A DNA stretch of 64,000 nt, taken from assembly GCA_027459745.1 (NCBI GenBank), contig DAIDHL010000004.1, positions 15,240-79,239 of the forward strand, given 5' to 3'. How positions within the stretch are numbered: the stretch's first letter is position 1; each line of letters begins with the position of its first letter. The notes under the pieces were generated by a model. That model did not search any database. It was not told the DNA's origin and was given only the letters and a program-made list of their open reading frames with translations. Positions 9,559 to 19,929 of the stretch are shown one piece after another. The DNA is from Candidatus Levyibacteriota bacterium. GTDB taxonomy: Bacteria > Patescibacteriota > Microgenomatia > Levybacterales > UBA12049. A program made the translations under genes and the position numbers.

Positions 9559-10404
9559 TTATAAATAAGATATTATTTGCTGATATAACTTTTGGGCTTC
9601 CTTCTTAGCTGCTTGTGCATAGTCTATATCATTTGAGGCAAAAAGTATACTCCTACCGGCATTGATGATCATACCCTGACTTTTACTGTCTTTACCAGCT
9701 GTCACTGTGGCTTGCAAGTCTCCTCCTTGTGCACCAATACCTGGAATAAGAAAGGGAATATCACCTACCAAAGCGCGCACTTTGGCTAATTCTTCTGGAT
9801 AAGTAGCTCCTACAACGACACCGCAATTGCCATAAGTATTCCATTTCTGACTAATGTTTAAGGCTACCTTTTGATAAAGAGGCATTTTTGTACCATTATC
9901 TTCGATAATTAAATTTTGAAATTCGGACGAACCTTTATTGGAAGTTTTTACTAACAAAATAATGCCTTTATCTTTCCTTTCCAGAAACGGCTGCACTGCT
10001 TCCTGTCCCAGATACGAATGAAGAGTAATGGCGTCGGCATTTAAAATATCAAAGGCTGCGGTAGCATAGCCTTGATTGGTATTGCCAATATCTCCACGTT
10101 TGGCGTCCAAAATAACTGGCATTGCTTCATAATTTTCATGAATGTACGCAATTGTCTTTTGTAAAACTGCAAAACCTTCAGAGCCATACATTTCATAAAA
10201 AGCACTATTGGGTTTGAAAGCACAGACATATTCTGCTGTTGCATCGATAATAGCCTTATTAAATTGGAAAATCTGCTCTGCTTTATTTTTATAATTTTTA
10301 CGGATAACTTCAGGCAACTTATCAATTTGAGGATCAAGTCCCACGCATAAAAACTTATTTTCATTCCAATGAGTCTTTAATTTCTCTGTAAAAATCAGTT
10401 CCAT
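9559..10404 (-). CDS. pyrF: Orotidine-5'-phosphate decarboxylase
   Basis: LCVGLDP, FKPNSAFYE, ILDAKRGDIGNT, VVGATYP, LIPGIGAQGG. Confidence 0.95.
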   Translation of the reverse strand: MELIFTEKLKTHWNENKFLCVGLDPQIDKLPEVIRKNYKNKAEQIFQFNKAIIDATAEYVCAFKPNSAFYEMYGSEGFAVLQKTIAYIHENYEAMPVILDAKRGDIGNTNQGYATAAFDILNADAITLHSYLGQEAVQPFLERKDKGIILLVKTSNKGSSEFQNLIIEDNGTKMPLYQKVALNISQKWNTYGNCGVVVGATYPEELAKVRALVGDIPFLIPGIGAQGGDLQATVTAGKDSKSQGMIINAGRSILFASNDIDYAQAAKKEAQKLYQQIISYL

Positions 10405-10415
10405 CCGTTATCAGA

Positions 10416-10444
10416 AATATAATTAATTGCGGACTAATTGTCAA
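10416..10444 (-). promoter_or_regulatory. Promoter of the pyrF-E-D-C operon
   Basis: TTGACA-N17-TATATT ending 11 nt before the pyrF ATG. Confidence 0.55.
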
Positions 10445-10502
10445 TTGATATTCCGGTAATATTAATTTAATTTTGCTACAATATTTACCTAACAAATATA
10501 TT

Positions 10503-11537
10503 ATGCCTCAGACTGAAAAAAAATCACTTCCTTTGATAGTTAGAATTATCATCTGTGTACTAGCTGCGGTTATTTTCTATATTTTTGGCTACAGTTTATA
10601 TATTTTAACCCGTGTACAACAATTTGTGGCCACCAGTACTACCCAAAAAATCGCAGTTACACCTCCAGTCAACTTACCCAATCTATCAAATCAGACAAAC
10701 ATTTTACTCTTAGGCAGTGATAATGATCAAAAATTTACCGGCAATCCACTTACACAAACTATGATGATTGTGCACATTGATTATACTAAGAAAGAAATTG
10801 ATATGTTCTCAATACCTAGGGATTTATGGGTAAAAATGCCAAACCTTAACACCTACGGAAAGATTGATCAGGCTGCAGAATATAACGGCATACCCTCTGC
10901 AATTGCGGTCGTTGAACAAACTTTTGGTATCCCTATAAATCATTATGCCTGGGTGGGATTGTATGGATTTATCAAAAGTATTGACGCTATAGGTGGTGTT
11001 AATATCGACGCCGTACATCCAGTACTTGATAATGCCTACCCTACCGATATCGGCAGTAATAATCCTTATGGAGTTCAGAGATTAGATATTCAAGCAGGTA
11101 TGCAACACATGGACGGACAAGAAGCCTTGCAGTATGTTAGATCCCGTCATGAAGATTTAATTGGAGATTTTGGCCGTACTCAACGGCAAAGACAGCTTTT
11201 ATTAACTTTAAAACAAACCTTATTACAATCTAAATCCTCTCTTTTGGATGTCCCACAAATTTTTGACAGTCTCAAGGGACAAATAAAAACCGACATCGAT
11301 CCACTTATTGCCATGCAACTCGCAACATTTTACATCACCAATAAAAGCACTATACAACAAAAACAATACACACTTACTCCCGGAGAATATTCACAAGTCG
11401 GTAATTCTACCGATGGACAAAGTATAGTTATAGCTGATCCTAACACATCATCTCAATTAGTAGGTAAAATATTCGGAGCCAAGGCACAGGAAATTACTCT
11501 ACAAAGTCTGTTGAATGAGAAAGGTATACAACCATGA
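10503..11537 (+). CDS. LytR/CpsA/Psr (LCP) family cell-wall polymer ligase
   Basis: N-terminal TM, NILLLGSD, SIPRDLWV, ALQYVRSRH, DFGRTQRQRQ; ATG 10503 preferred to TTG 10473. Confidence 0.9.
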   Translation: MPQTEKKSLPLIVRIIICVLAAVIFYIFGYSLYILTRVQQFVATSTTQKIAVTPPVNLPNLSNQTNILLLGSDNDQKFTGNPLTQTMMIVHIDYTKKEIDMFSIPRDLWVKMPNLNTYGKIDQAAEYNGIPSAIAVVEQTFGIPINHYAWVGLYGFIKSIDAIGGVNIDAVHPVLDNAYPTDIGSNNPYGVQRLDIQAGMQHMDGQEALQYVRSRHEDLIGDFGRTQRQRQLLLTLKQTLLQSKSSLLDVPQIFDSLKGQIKTDIDPLIAMQLATFYITNKSTIQQKQYTLTPGEYSQVGNSTDGQSIVIADPNTSSQLVGKIFGAKAQEITLQSLLNEKGIQP

Positions 11538-12538
11538 TAAAAAAACGTACATTAATATTATTAGCGATAGTTTTTTTATTAGTAGGATATTTCCAGGCAG
11601 CAAATCATAGTAAAAAAAATACAGTGCAGAATACAGTTCAATTCGCCAATACAGAAATAGAACCTAATGACAAAATTACTCTTTCTAATTTGGGAGATAT
11701 ATATGAATTGACTAGTAAAAATATCACTCAGATTACCACCAATACTAGCTTAATTGAACCAATCACGATGGATAAAAATATTGCGGCTGTCTATAAACAA
11801 AATAATTATTCTTCGCTAATCGAATATGACTCATCAGGCAAAATGATAAAAACATTGTTTGATGGAAATGCAAATAAAATCGATAATATGTTATGGGTTA
11901 GTGATCCTGCAATTGATTCCACAAAAACTAAAATAGCCTATGTTTCCGATCAAAACAGAATCAGCACTAATATACCAGATAACGCGTTGTTTATTTTAGA
12001 TCTAAATAAAAATAAAACAACTTTAGTGGCTAGTCCAGATCATTATTCAGGAGGCATTGCTCATCCGGTATGGGACCCCATCGACCAAACAATATTACTC
12101 TATGACTATTATCAATACACCTCTTCCACACTTGAACCTTATTCAACAATCATGGAATATGATTTTCAAACAGATAATTCTTTTCCTCTAACTACTGACA
12201 AACAAAATGTCTTACAGGAAGCATTGTCCCCAGACGGTAAAAAGATATTATACCTTCAGCGTAATAGTAACGGCCTGGATGTTTCTTTATATTATGCAGA
12301 TTTTTCTGCAGATAATGGAATATCAAATACAGTAAAACTTACTAGTGGTGACTATGCATATCCTGAATTTTCTAATACACTGGACTATATTTATTATTTA
12401 TCTGCTGATGCTAATCAAGGATATAACCTTTTCAAGGCAAAAATTGTGAATAATAAATTAACTGCAATTACACCGATTACAACAGGAGATAGTTTGCAGG
12501 GTAACTCCTCATATTGGATTGATGAAATTACGCAATAG
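11534..12538 (+). CDS. Secreted TolB-like beta-propeller protein
   Basis: Signal anchor; repeats PAIDSTKTKIAYVS, PVWDP, LSPDGKKILY, YPEFS; ATGA overlap with the LCP gene. Confidence 0.75.
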   Translation: MIKKRTLILLAIVFLLVGYFQAANHSKKNTVQNTVQFANTEIEPNDKITLSNLGDIYELTSKNITQITTNTSLIEPITMDKNIAAVYKQNNYSSLIEYDSSGKMIKTLFDGNANKIDNMLWVSDPAIDSTKTKIAYVSDQNRISTNIPDNALFILDLNKNKTTLVASPDHYSGGIAHPVWDPIDQTILLYDYYQYTSSTLEPYSTIMEYDFQTDNSFPLTTDKQNVLQEALSPDGKKILYLQRNSNGLDVSLYYADFSADNGISNTVKLTSGDYAYPEFSNTLDYIYYLSADANQGYNLFKAKIVNNKLTAITPITTGDSLQGNSSYWIDEITQ

Positions 12539-12570
12539 AAAAGTTATTACAAAATGTGTAAGATATAAAA

Positions 12571-13353
12571 ATGTCTAAAAATAGTATACTTAACTTCCTA
12601 AGCGCAAAAATACTAAGAAAAGTTCCGGAAATCACTATCTTTTTTTGGATAATCAAATTACTTACTACTGCTATGGGTGAGTCTACATCTGATTTTTTAG
12701 TTCATCAAATTGATCCAGTTATAGCTGTACTGTTAGGAGCTGGTGTATTTACAATAGCAATAGTTTTACAGTTTTGGGTAAAAAAATATATTCCATTTTT
12801 TTATTGGTTTGCAATCACTATGGTAGCTGTGTTTGGAACAATGGTAGCAGATGTACTACATATAGGATTAGGCATTCCTTACTCTGTTTCTTCAACCCTG
12901 TTTTTTATTTCGTTACTTGTCATATTATATGCTTGGTATTACTGTGAAAAAACTTTATCAATTCATAGTATCAATACTCGCAGAAGAGAAATATTCTATT
13001 GGTTAACTGTTATGGCAACATTTGCTTTAGGTACAGCCACGGGAGATATGACTGCTACTACCTTACAATGGGGGTATTTAACCTCAGGTATGTTCTTTGG
13101 AATTTTATTTCTTCTACCTTTATTAGCAAATAAATACTTCCATATAAATGAGGTATTCACTTTCTGGTTTGCTTACATAATGACTCGTCCATTTGGAGCT
13201 TCATTTGCCGACTGGACAGGCCGTACTACCGATTTGGGTGGTATTGGCTGGGGAACAGGTAATGTAAGTATCGGGTTGGGAGTACTGATAATATTGTTGG
13301 TTATTTACTTAAGCTTTTCTCAAATAGATATAAAAAACAACTCTCAAAGCTAA
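12571..13353 (+). CDS. COG4705/DUF347-type integral membrane protein
   Basis: KVPEITIFFWIIKLLTTAMGE.SD, FALGTATGD, FWFAYIMTRPFGASFAD. Confidence 0.8.
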   Translation: MSKNSILNFLSAKILRKVPEITIFFWIIKLLTTAMGESTSDFLVHQIDPVIAVLLGAGVFTIAIVLQFWVKKYIPFFYWFAITMVAVFGTMVADVLHIGLGIPYSVSSTLFFISLLVILYAWYYCEKTLSIHSINTRRREIFYWLTVMATFALGTATGDMTATTLQWGYLTSGMFFGILFLLPLLANKYFHINEVFTFWFAYIMTRPFGASFADWTGRTTDLGGIGWGTGNVSIGLGVLIILLVIYLSFSQIDIKNNSQS

Positions 13354-14804
13354 TTAATATAGTATCCCAGAAAATCACCTGTTCTTTTATCAAAATGATA
13401 ATGTGATTTTATATATTTATTCACAATTGTTTTTTCATTGATGTTGACTTCATCCAGTATCACAAACTTAACCTTTTTATTTTTTAAATCACTAATTATT
13501 TCTTTTTGATAACTAAGAGGAATATTTAAGTAATCATATTTAGTAGCGTTATCACGATTGCTCAAAAAGTAGACCATTGGTGAATAATAGTTAATATAAA
13601 TGTTTTCTCTATTGCCGGTTTTACTATCCACATAGTGGGCTAACAAACTTGTCAAACTATTTGAAGATTGATCAAGATATACTCCTACTCTGTTTTGAGA
13701 GTCAAAGCTATTATCATTTCTTAAAGGTGTTTCCCATTTATAATATCCACCCAAGTAAGCAGTGTAGAAACCCACTCCAATAAAAAGTATTATCGTAATA
13801 TATAAAATAAATCTCAAATAAATTCCATTAATATAATTACACAACAAAAGCATATTTAAACCAGAAAAGGCCAGCAAAGCCACAAAATGATCAAGATCAG
13901 TCGTTGGTCTTATACCGATCAGATAAAATGCAATAATAAACGCAGGTACAACCAAGTACTCTTTTTTTCTTTTATAAACCACTCCTACAGTAATTAAAGA
14001 AATAATTAGAGGACTAGTATAGAAAAATAACTTCCCTATCTTACTGATTAAAGATCCTTCAGATAAAAAAGGTGTATCTAATGTTTTTTCTACTAATATC
14101 TTTTGGATAACATTAACGTTCAGACTCTGCACAAAAGGAATAAAGGAGTTAGTGCTTGTTAAATATATGATAAATACCAACAATATCAGTAGAAACCCTA
14201 TGCTATATATTTTAAAATTCTCATACCAGTATTTCCTGTCAAGAAAAGTTATACTACCCAAAGTGATCAATGGTATAGCAATTCCAAAATTTTGCTTCGA
14301 CAAAAAAATCAATGTGCTGAATACTCCCGCCCAAAAATAATATTTCCTGTTTTTAAGTAATCCGTAAAGCACAAATAGTAATGTATATAGAGTAAAACAC
14401 AGTCCATACATAGTAGGCCATGGGAAATTAATATGCATAGGCCCCCATACCACAAAAAATGAAGAGCCTAGAATAAGCAATAATGTTCGTCCTTGCAGTA
14501 ACTTCCAGATCCTGTAAATTGCGTACAAAGAAAATACACTTATTAACAGAGCTACAATTCTGCCTACTAAGACGCTTTGTCCAAATAGTTTAAAAAATAA
14601 AGCTACACTTGCAAATGAAATCGGTGTATAGACCATATCGAAGTCACGATATGGCACTAAACCATTGGCGGTTTGCATGGCAGCATGCAAAATATATCCT
14701 TCGTCATAATAAATAATTCCATGCACATGAAACCATATGAGAAGGATGAAGGCAATAAAATAAAAAACTAACAAATTCCAATTTTTACTTATCCATATAT
14801 ACAT
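13350..14804 (-). CDS. GT-C fold (ArnT/PMT-like) membrane glycosyltransferase
   Basis: YDEGY in the first loop, G.VPYRDF...YTP, SKQNFG, many TM helices. Confidence 0.75.
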   Translation of the reverse strand: MYIWISKNWNLLVFYFIAFILLIWFHVHGIIYYDEGYILHAAMQTANGLVPYRDFDMVYTPISFASVALFFKLFGQSVLVGRIVALLISVFSLYAIYRIWKLLQGRTLLLILGSSFFVVWGPMHINFPWPTMYGLCFTLYTLLFVLYGLLKNRKYYFWAGVFSTLIFLSKQNFGIAIPLITLGSITFLDRKYWYENFKIYSIGFLLILLVFIIYLTSTNSFIPFVQSLNVNVIQKILVEKTLDTPFLSEGSLISKIGKLFFYTSPLIISLITVGVVYKRKKEYLVVPAFIIAFYLIGIRPTTDLDHFVALLAFSGLNMLLLCNYINGIYLRFILYITIILFIGVGFYTAYLGGYYKWETPLRNDNSFDSQNRVGVYLDQSSNSLTSLLAHYVDSKTGNRENIYINYYSPMVYFLSNRDNATKYDYLNIPLSYQKEIISDLKNKKVKFVILDEVNINEKTIVNKYIKSHYHFDKRTGDFLGYYIN

Positions 14805-14912
14805 ATAGTATTTATATACTCAATATTATAATTACTACAAGTTTGCTAGTAATATACGATCTAAGAAATTGTTAAATTGGACAAGATAATAAATTTTATG
14901 CTTTAAGTTTAA

Positions 14913-17672
14913 TTAACTCATCTGAGGATAGTGACACTTCTTCCATTTTTTTCCACTGCCACACCAACAAGGGTCATTGCGGCTTAATTTTTTAACAGCA
15001 GAAACAACTTTTGCTTGTTGTCCTTTTTCAGTTTTCTTATCTTCCTGCACTGGAGTTGACTCAGGAGTTAGTACCTTATCTGATTGATTAACAGCTTGTC
15101 CTTTACTAATATTTATATGCTGATGGGAATTATCTTCTGAAGGCTGAACTTGTGTCCAATAGATTCGATGTACAATCTCATCATCCATTGATGCGATTAA
15201 CTTTTCAAACAATCTATATCCCTCATTTTTATATTCTACCAACGGATCACGTTGTGCATATCCACGAAGCTGAATTCCTTGGCGGAGATTGTCCATCACA
15301 TCCAAGTGATTCATCCAAAAGGTGTCGATTACACCCATTACTACCAACTGCTCAATTTTAGTTGCTAATTCAGGTCCAAATGCTTCAACTCTCTTTTTAT
15401 ATACATCACTGGATAAATTAGTTAAAAATGCTGTTTTTTCTTCAATACTTATAGACTGTTCCAATTGTTTAAAAATCTGTTGTCTAGAAGGTTCATCAAA
15501 ATTAATAATTGTAATTAGATTATTAATAATTTTCTCATTAACAGATTGTCCAGTCACATTTGCTTCTGCATCTGCCAAAGAAACAGCAGTATTTAAAACA
15601 GTAGTTATTTTATGCAAGATGTCTTCACGCAAAACTTGCGGATTTCTAGAAGCTTCTAAAACCTTCCTGCGACGTCCATAAACAATTTCACGTTGCTTAT
15701 TAAGTACATCGTCATACTCTACGACATATTTACGATTATCAAAATAGAATCGTTCTACCTTAATCTGTGCATTTTCAATTGCTTTAGTTACCAAAGGATG
15801 AGTCAGAGGGACATCTTCGGGCATATTAAATCGCGTCATTATCCCCGCAATCGTATCTCCACCAAATAAACGCATGATTTCATCGTCCAGACTTACATAA
15901 AATTGAGAAGTTCCAGGATCTCCCTGACGTCCGGAACGTCCACGTAGTTGATTATCAATACGACGGGATTCGTGTCTTTCTGTTCCTATGACATATAATC
16001 CACCAAGTTTTACTACTTCGTCATGTTCCCTCTTCCATTTCTCCAACTCCTTTTTATACTTACTCTCTTCTGCTTTACTTGTAATTTTGAGCTCTGAACT
16101 TTGACTCGGATTTGGCATTTCTCCTCCTAAGACAATATCTACTCCGCGTCCAGCCATGTTCGTAGCTACAGTTACTGCTCCTTTTTTACCAGCTTGAGCT
16201 ATAATCTCTGCCTCTCTTAAATGGTTTTTGGCATTCAAAATTTGATGAGGAACTTTCCTGCGACGTAGCAACTGTGAAATAATTTCATTCTTATCAATTG
16301 ACGTAGTACCTACCAAAACAGGTTGTCCGGTCTTGTACAAGCGCTCAATTTCAGCTGCAACTGCCGTATATTTAGCTCTACTACTCTTATAGATCATGTC
16401 AGACTTATCATCACGTTGGATAGGATTATGTGTGGGGATAACTACTACATCTAATTTATAAATTTTATGAAACTCTTCTGCTTCTGTGACAGCTGTACCG
16501 GTCATACCGGCAAGTTTTTCATACATGCGGAAGTAGTTCTGCAAAGAAATAGTAGCTAAGGTTTTTGACTCACGTTGAATTGGCACTCTTTCTTTGGCTT
16601 CGATAGCCTGATGAATCCCATCTGATAATCTACGACCAACCATTAAGCGTCCTGTAAATTCGTCGACTAAAATAACCTCATTATCACGCACAATATATTC
16701 TTTCTCTTTATGAAAGAGTGTCCGGGCTTTTAAGGCTGCTTCCAAATGATAAACAGTATCGAAATCATTTTCGTAAATATTGGCAATGCCAAATAACTTT
16801 TCTATCTTTTGCAAACCATGATCTGTTAAATGTGCTGTTCTTTGTTTTTCATCTACTTTATAATCAACCTCAGGTACTAACTTAGCCACAATTTCTGCAT
16901 AATCATAATATTTTTGTGAAGGAACCTCATCTGGCTGGGAAATAATATGGGGAGTTCTGGCTTCATCAATTAATACAGAGTCCACTTCATCCACAATCGC
17001 AAAATAATGTTCCCTCTGAGTAAGCTGAGAAATATCCTGTGCCATGTTATCACGCAGATAGTCAAAACCAAATTCTGAATTAATGCCATACACAACATCG
17101 GCTTTGTAAGCTTCTTGTCTGGTAATTTGTCGTAGGTGTATTAAACGTGCGTCTTGTAAGTTTTCAGCTTGAAAATCTGGATCATAGATAAATGACTGTT
17201 CACTAATAATTGAGGCCACTGATATTCCTAATAAATTAAATACAGGCCCCATCCACCCTGCATCACGACGAGCCAGGTAATCATTTACCGTAACTAAATG
17301 TACACCTTTGCCGGTCAAAGCATGTAAATATAGTGCAGGTATAGCAGATAATGTCTTTCCTTCTCCAGTTTTTTGTTCTGCAATTTTACCGTGTGCCAAA
17401 ATATAACCAGCCATTAACTGAACGTCGTAGGGAGACAATCCAATTGTTCTTCGCGCAGCTTCACGTACCAGCGCAAAAGCTTCCGGCAAAATAGTATCTA
17501 AACTTTCACCTTGTGCTAAACGCCCTTTGAAATCATTGGTTTTTTTGGCAAAATCTTTGTCCTTGAGTTTTTTGAACTTCTCACCGACTGCGTCAATCTC
17601 ACTTAAAATAGGCTGCATCCGGCTAATCTCTCTATCATTGGAGTCAAATAGTTTATTGAATATCGATAACAT
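14913..17672 (-). CDS. secA: Preprotein translocase ATPase SecA
   Basis: KTGEGKT, VTVNDYLARRD, VDEVDSVLIDEARTP, ATNMAGRG, C-terminal SEC-C (RNDPCWCGSGKKWKKCH). Confidence 0.98.
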   Translation of the reverse strand: MLSIFNKLFDSNDREISRMQPILSEIDAVGEKFKKLKDKDFAKKTNDFKGRLAQGESLDTILPEAFALVREAARRTIGLSPYDVQLMAGYILAHGKIAEQKTGEGKTLSAIPALYLHALTGKGVHLVTVNDYLARRDAGWMGPVFNLLGISVASIISEQSFIYDPDFQAENLQDARLIHLRQITRQEAYKADVVYGINSEFGFDYLRDNMAQDISQLTQREHYFAIVDEVDSVLIDEARTPHIISQPDEVPSQKYYDYAEIVAKLVPEVDYKVDEKQRTAHLTDHGLQKIEKLFGIANIYENDFDTVYHLEAALKARTLFHKEKEYIVRDNEVILVDEFTGRLMVGRRLSDGIHQAIEAKERVPIQRESKTLATISLQNYFRMYEKLAGMTGTAVTEAEEFHKIYKLDVVVIPTHNPIQRDDKSDMIYKSSRAKYTAVAAEIERLYKTGQPVLVGTTSIDKNEIISQLLRRRKVPHQILNAKNHLREAEIIAQAGKKGAVTVATNMAGRGVDIVLGGEMPNPSQSSELKITSKAEESKYKKELEKWKREHDEVVKLGGLYVIGTERHESRRIDNQLRGRSGRQGDPGTSQFYVSLDDEIMRLFGGDTIAGIMTRFNMPEDVPLTHPLVTKAIENAQIKVERFYFDNRKYVVEYDDVLNKQREIVYGRRRKVLEASRNPQVLREDILHKITTVLNTAVSLADAEANVTGQSVNEKIINNLITIINFDEPSRQQIFKQLEQSISIEEKTAFLTNLSSDVYKKRVEAFGPELATKIEQLVVMGVIDTFWMNHLDVMDNLRQGIQLRGYAQRDPLVEYKNEGYRLFEKLIASMDDEIVHRIYWTQVQPSEDNSHQHINISKGQAVNQSDKVLTPESTPVQEDKKTEKGQQAKVVSAVKKLSRNDPCWCGSGKKWKKCHYPQMS

Positions 17673-17868
17673 AAATTTGTATCTGTCATTTCTAACAAAC
17701 TTTTAATTGCTTTATGGACATACCATAATCAAGAAAATGACTAAGAAGATTAGCTTTATTTTACCATACAAGCCTGGATAAACCAAACAGAAGAAGACTT
17801 TCTGAAACAACTATTGAAGCTATATGTCGAGATATTCAAATTTTGCTTTTGTCAATGGTAAATAATAC

Positions 17869-19191
17869 TTATTTCTCAGGTTTTAAAATATCCTTACCCA
17901 CATATTTACATAATACTTCCGGAACCTTCACACTTCCATCTGCTTGCTGGTAATTATCCAGAATGGCAATAATCATCCTACCCATGGCTACACCGGTATC
18001 ATTAACTGTATGAGCATATTTTTTCACTCCCTCTGTAGTCTGGTATTTAATATTTAATCTTCGTGCTTGGAAATCAGTAGCATTAGTATCACTCATTACT
18101 TCCATAAAGGTTTGTTGTGAGGGTAACCAAGCTTCTACGTCATATTTCTTATGTGCAGCAGCATATCCTGAGTCACCACTACACATTAATATAACATGAT
18201 AAGGTATTTGTAGTTGTTGTAATAACCATTCGTTAATGCCCAATAAATATTGCTGCATTTCTTCGGATTTTTCCTCTGATGTGACAGTGTCCATTTCCAA
18301 CTTATCAAATTGATGTACGCGCTTTATGCCTCTAACGTCTTTACCCCACGACCCAACTTCAGAACGAAAACATGGTGTGAAAGCAAATACTTTTTTGGGC
18401 AAATCTTTCTCTAAAATTGTTTTATCCATAAAATATGAAAAAAGTGAGGGCTCCGATGAGCCAACTAAGTATAATTCTTCACCTTCTTCAACATTTTTGG
18501 AGTCAACCTTATAAACTTGATCTACTTCTTCCGGAAAATGCGAAGAGCCAAACAAGGCTTTACCTTTCACCAATAATGGAACTATCATCGGACTAAATCC
18601 CTCTTCAATCAATTTATTTTTTAACAATTCAAACAAAGCATATTCCAACAAAAAACCTTCATTTTTAATATAAGCAAAGCGAGTACCTGATACTTTAGCA
18701 CTCTGTTCAACGTCTATGATATCTAACGTCTTACCTAAATCAAGATGATCTTTGGCAGCAAAATCAAATTTGGGCATATAAGCTTTAGATGTATCTTTTT
18801 TACCTAGTTTATCCTCGCTCAGATATCCATCCTTTGTCCAGGCTTTAACCTCGACATTGTCATCTTCCCCTTTACCCACTGGTACATCAGCAGAAAGCAT
18901 ATTAGGCACCCAGGATAATTTCTCATTTAAATTTTGCTGGACTTCTTTCAGTTCACTTTCTTTACTGGAAATGCCTGTACTTAAACTGCGCAGTCGTTGA
19001 ATTTCTTCAGGAGTTGGTTTTTGTTTGGAACCAGCATTTAACTGCTGACGCAGCCCATCAACTTCAATTTGTAAATTTTTCCTCTTTTCATCTAATTCCA
19101 AAATACCATCTACGTCAGCTGATGCCTTACGGTTAATAATATTTTGCCTAACTTCTTCAGTATGTTCACGAATAAATTTAATATCTAACAT
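17869..19191 (-). CDS. serS: Serine--tRNA ligase
   Basis: MLDIKFIRE start, coiled-coil arm, CFRSEVGS, RVHQFDKLE, TDFQARRLNI, ILDNYQQADGSV. Confidence 0.96.
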   Translation of the reverse strand: MLDIKFIREHTEEVRQNIINRKASADVDGILELDEKRKNLQIEVDGLRQQLNAGSKQKPTPEEIQRLRSLSTGISSKESELKEVQQNLNEKLSWVPNMLSADVPVGKGEDDNVEVKAWTKDGYLSEDKLGKKDTSKAYMPKFDFAAKDHLDLGKTLDIIDVEQSAKVSGTRFAYIKNEGFLLEYALFELLKNKLIEEGFSPMIVPLLVKGKALFGSSHFPEEVDQVYKVDSKNVEEGEELYLVGSSEPSLFSYFMDKTILEKDLPKKVFAFTPCFRSEVGSWGKDVRGIKRVHQFDKLEMDTVTSEEKSEEMQQYLLGINEWLLQQLQIPYHVILMCSGDSGYAAAHKKYDVEAWLPSQQTFMEVMSDTNATDFQARRLNIKYQTTEGVKKYAHTVNDTGVAMGRMIIAILDNYQQADGSVKVPEVLCKYVGKDILKPEK

Positions 19192-19277
19192 ATTTGTAAT
19201 CCATTGACTATGGTATCCTAGAGAGATGCATGCATCCAAACTCTTGATTACACCAGAAGCATTTATACTTCAAAGCG

Positions 19278-19306
19278 ATTATATCTCGTTTAGAATTCTC
19301 ACGCAA
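19278..19306 (-). promoter_or_regulatory. serS promoter
   Basis: TTGCGT-N17-TATAAT on the minus strand. Confidence 0.55.
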
Positions 19307-19333
19307 ACTGAGACGTAAATCCAGACGCGAATC

Positions 19334-19446
19334 TGTCATTCCGGGCTTTTGTTATTGTTCATAGAGTGATCCGGAATCTATGTTTATAAAATATTTTTCT
19401 AGACTCCTGCCCCATTAGGAGATCATGTCCTTTCGCAGGAATGACA
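19334..19446. repeat. REP/RPE-like palindromic element
   Basis: Terminal inverted repeat TGTCATTCC...GGAATGACA with internal stems (TTCCGG/CCGGAA, TCCTGC/GCAGGA). Confidence 0.75.
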
Positions 19447-19470
19447 ATTCATTTTATATTTAAATATCTG

Positions 19471-19926
19471 CTAAGCAGATAACTTGAATAATTCTTTGTT
19501 ACGTATAAGAAATCCTTTTTGTTCTTCAATCACAGGCGTTGGTAAAAGATTAAAAAACCGTGGATCAGAACCCTGCTCAGTAGTTTGAGGTAAGCCTTCA
19601 ATAATATGACATTGCAAGACAATGCTTATCGACCAACCAAACCCTCTTTCTTTTTCCTCAGAAAGATACTCAATATGACCTAATTCTCTATCTACTTCAA
19701 TCTCCACATTTAATTCATCTTTGGCTACTCTTTTAGCTGCTTGTTCCAATGTTTCTTTGTAATAAACAGTTCCCCCTGGCATGTACCATTGCCCTTTCCA
19801 GGATGATAAGTTTCTTTTTGCCAATAAAATACCCCCAGGTGATGTTATAGCTAAGTCTATGCATAAACGAGGAACTCTGGAGTAAATAGATTTAAATTCT
19901 TCGTACTTAAACGGCAGTTTCACCAT
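19471..19926 (-). CDS. NUDIX hydrolase (GDP-mannose hydrolase-like)
   Basis: WYMPGGTVYYKETLEQAAKRVAKDELN Nudix box. Confidence 0.85.
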   Translation of the reverse strand: MVKLPFKYEEFKSIYSRVPRLCIDLAITSPGGILLAKRNLSSWKGQWYMPGGTVYYKETLEQAAKRVAKDELNVEIEVDRELGHIEYLSEEKERGFGWSISIVLQCHIIEGLPQTTEQGSDPRFFNLLPTPVIEEQKGFLIRNKELFKLSA

Positions 19927-19929
19927 GAA

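Noticed and set aside
17700-17862. Protein-like plus-strand frame with internal stops between secA and serS
   Set aside because: May be a decayed gene remnant, but it is too short and has no recognisable family
19192-19277. T-box riboswitch for serS (also considered for alaS)
   Set aside because: Leader too short and no UGGNACC T-box sequence; alaS has almost no leader
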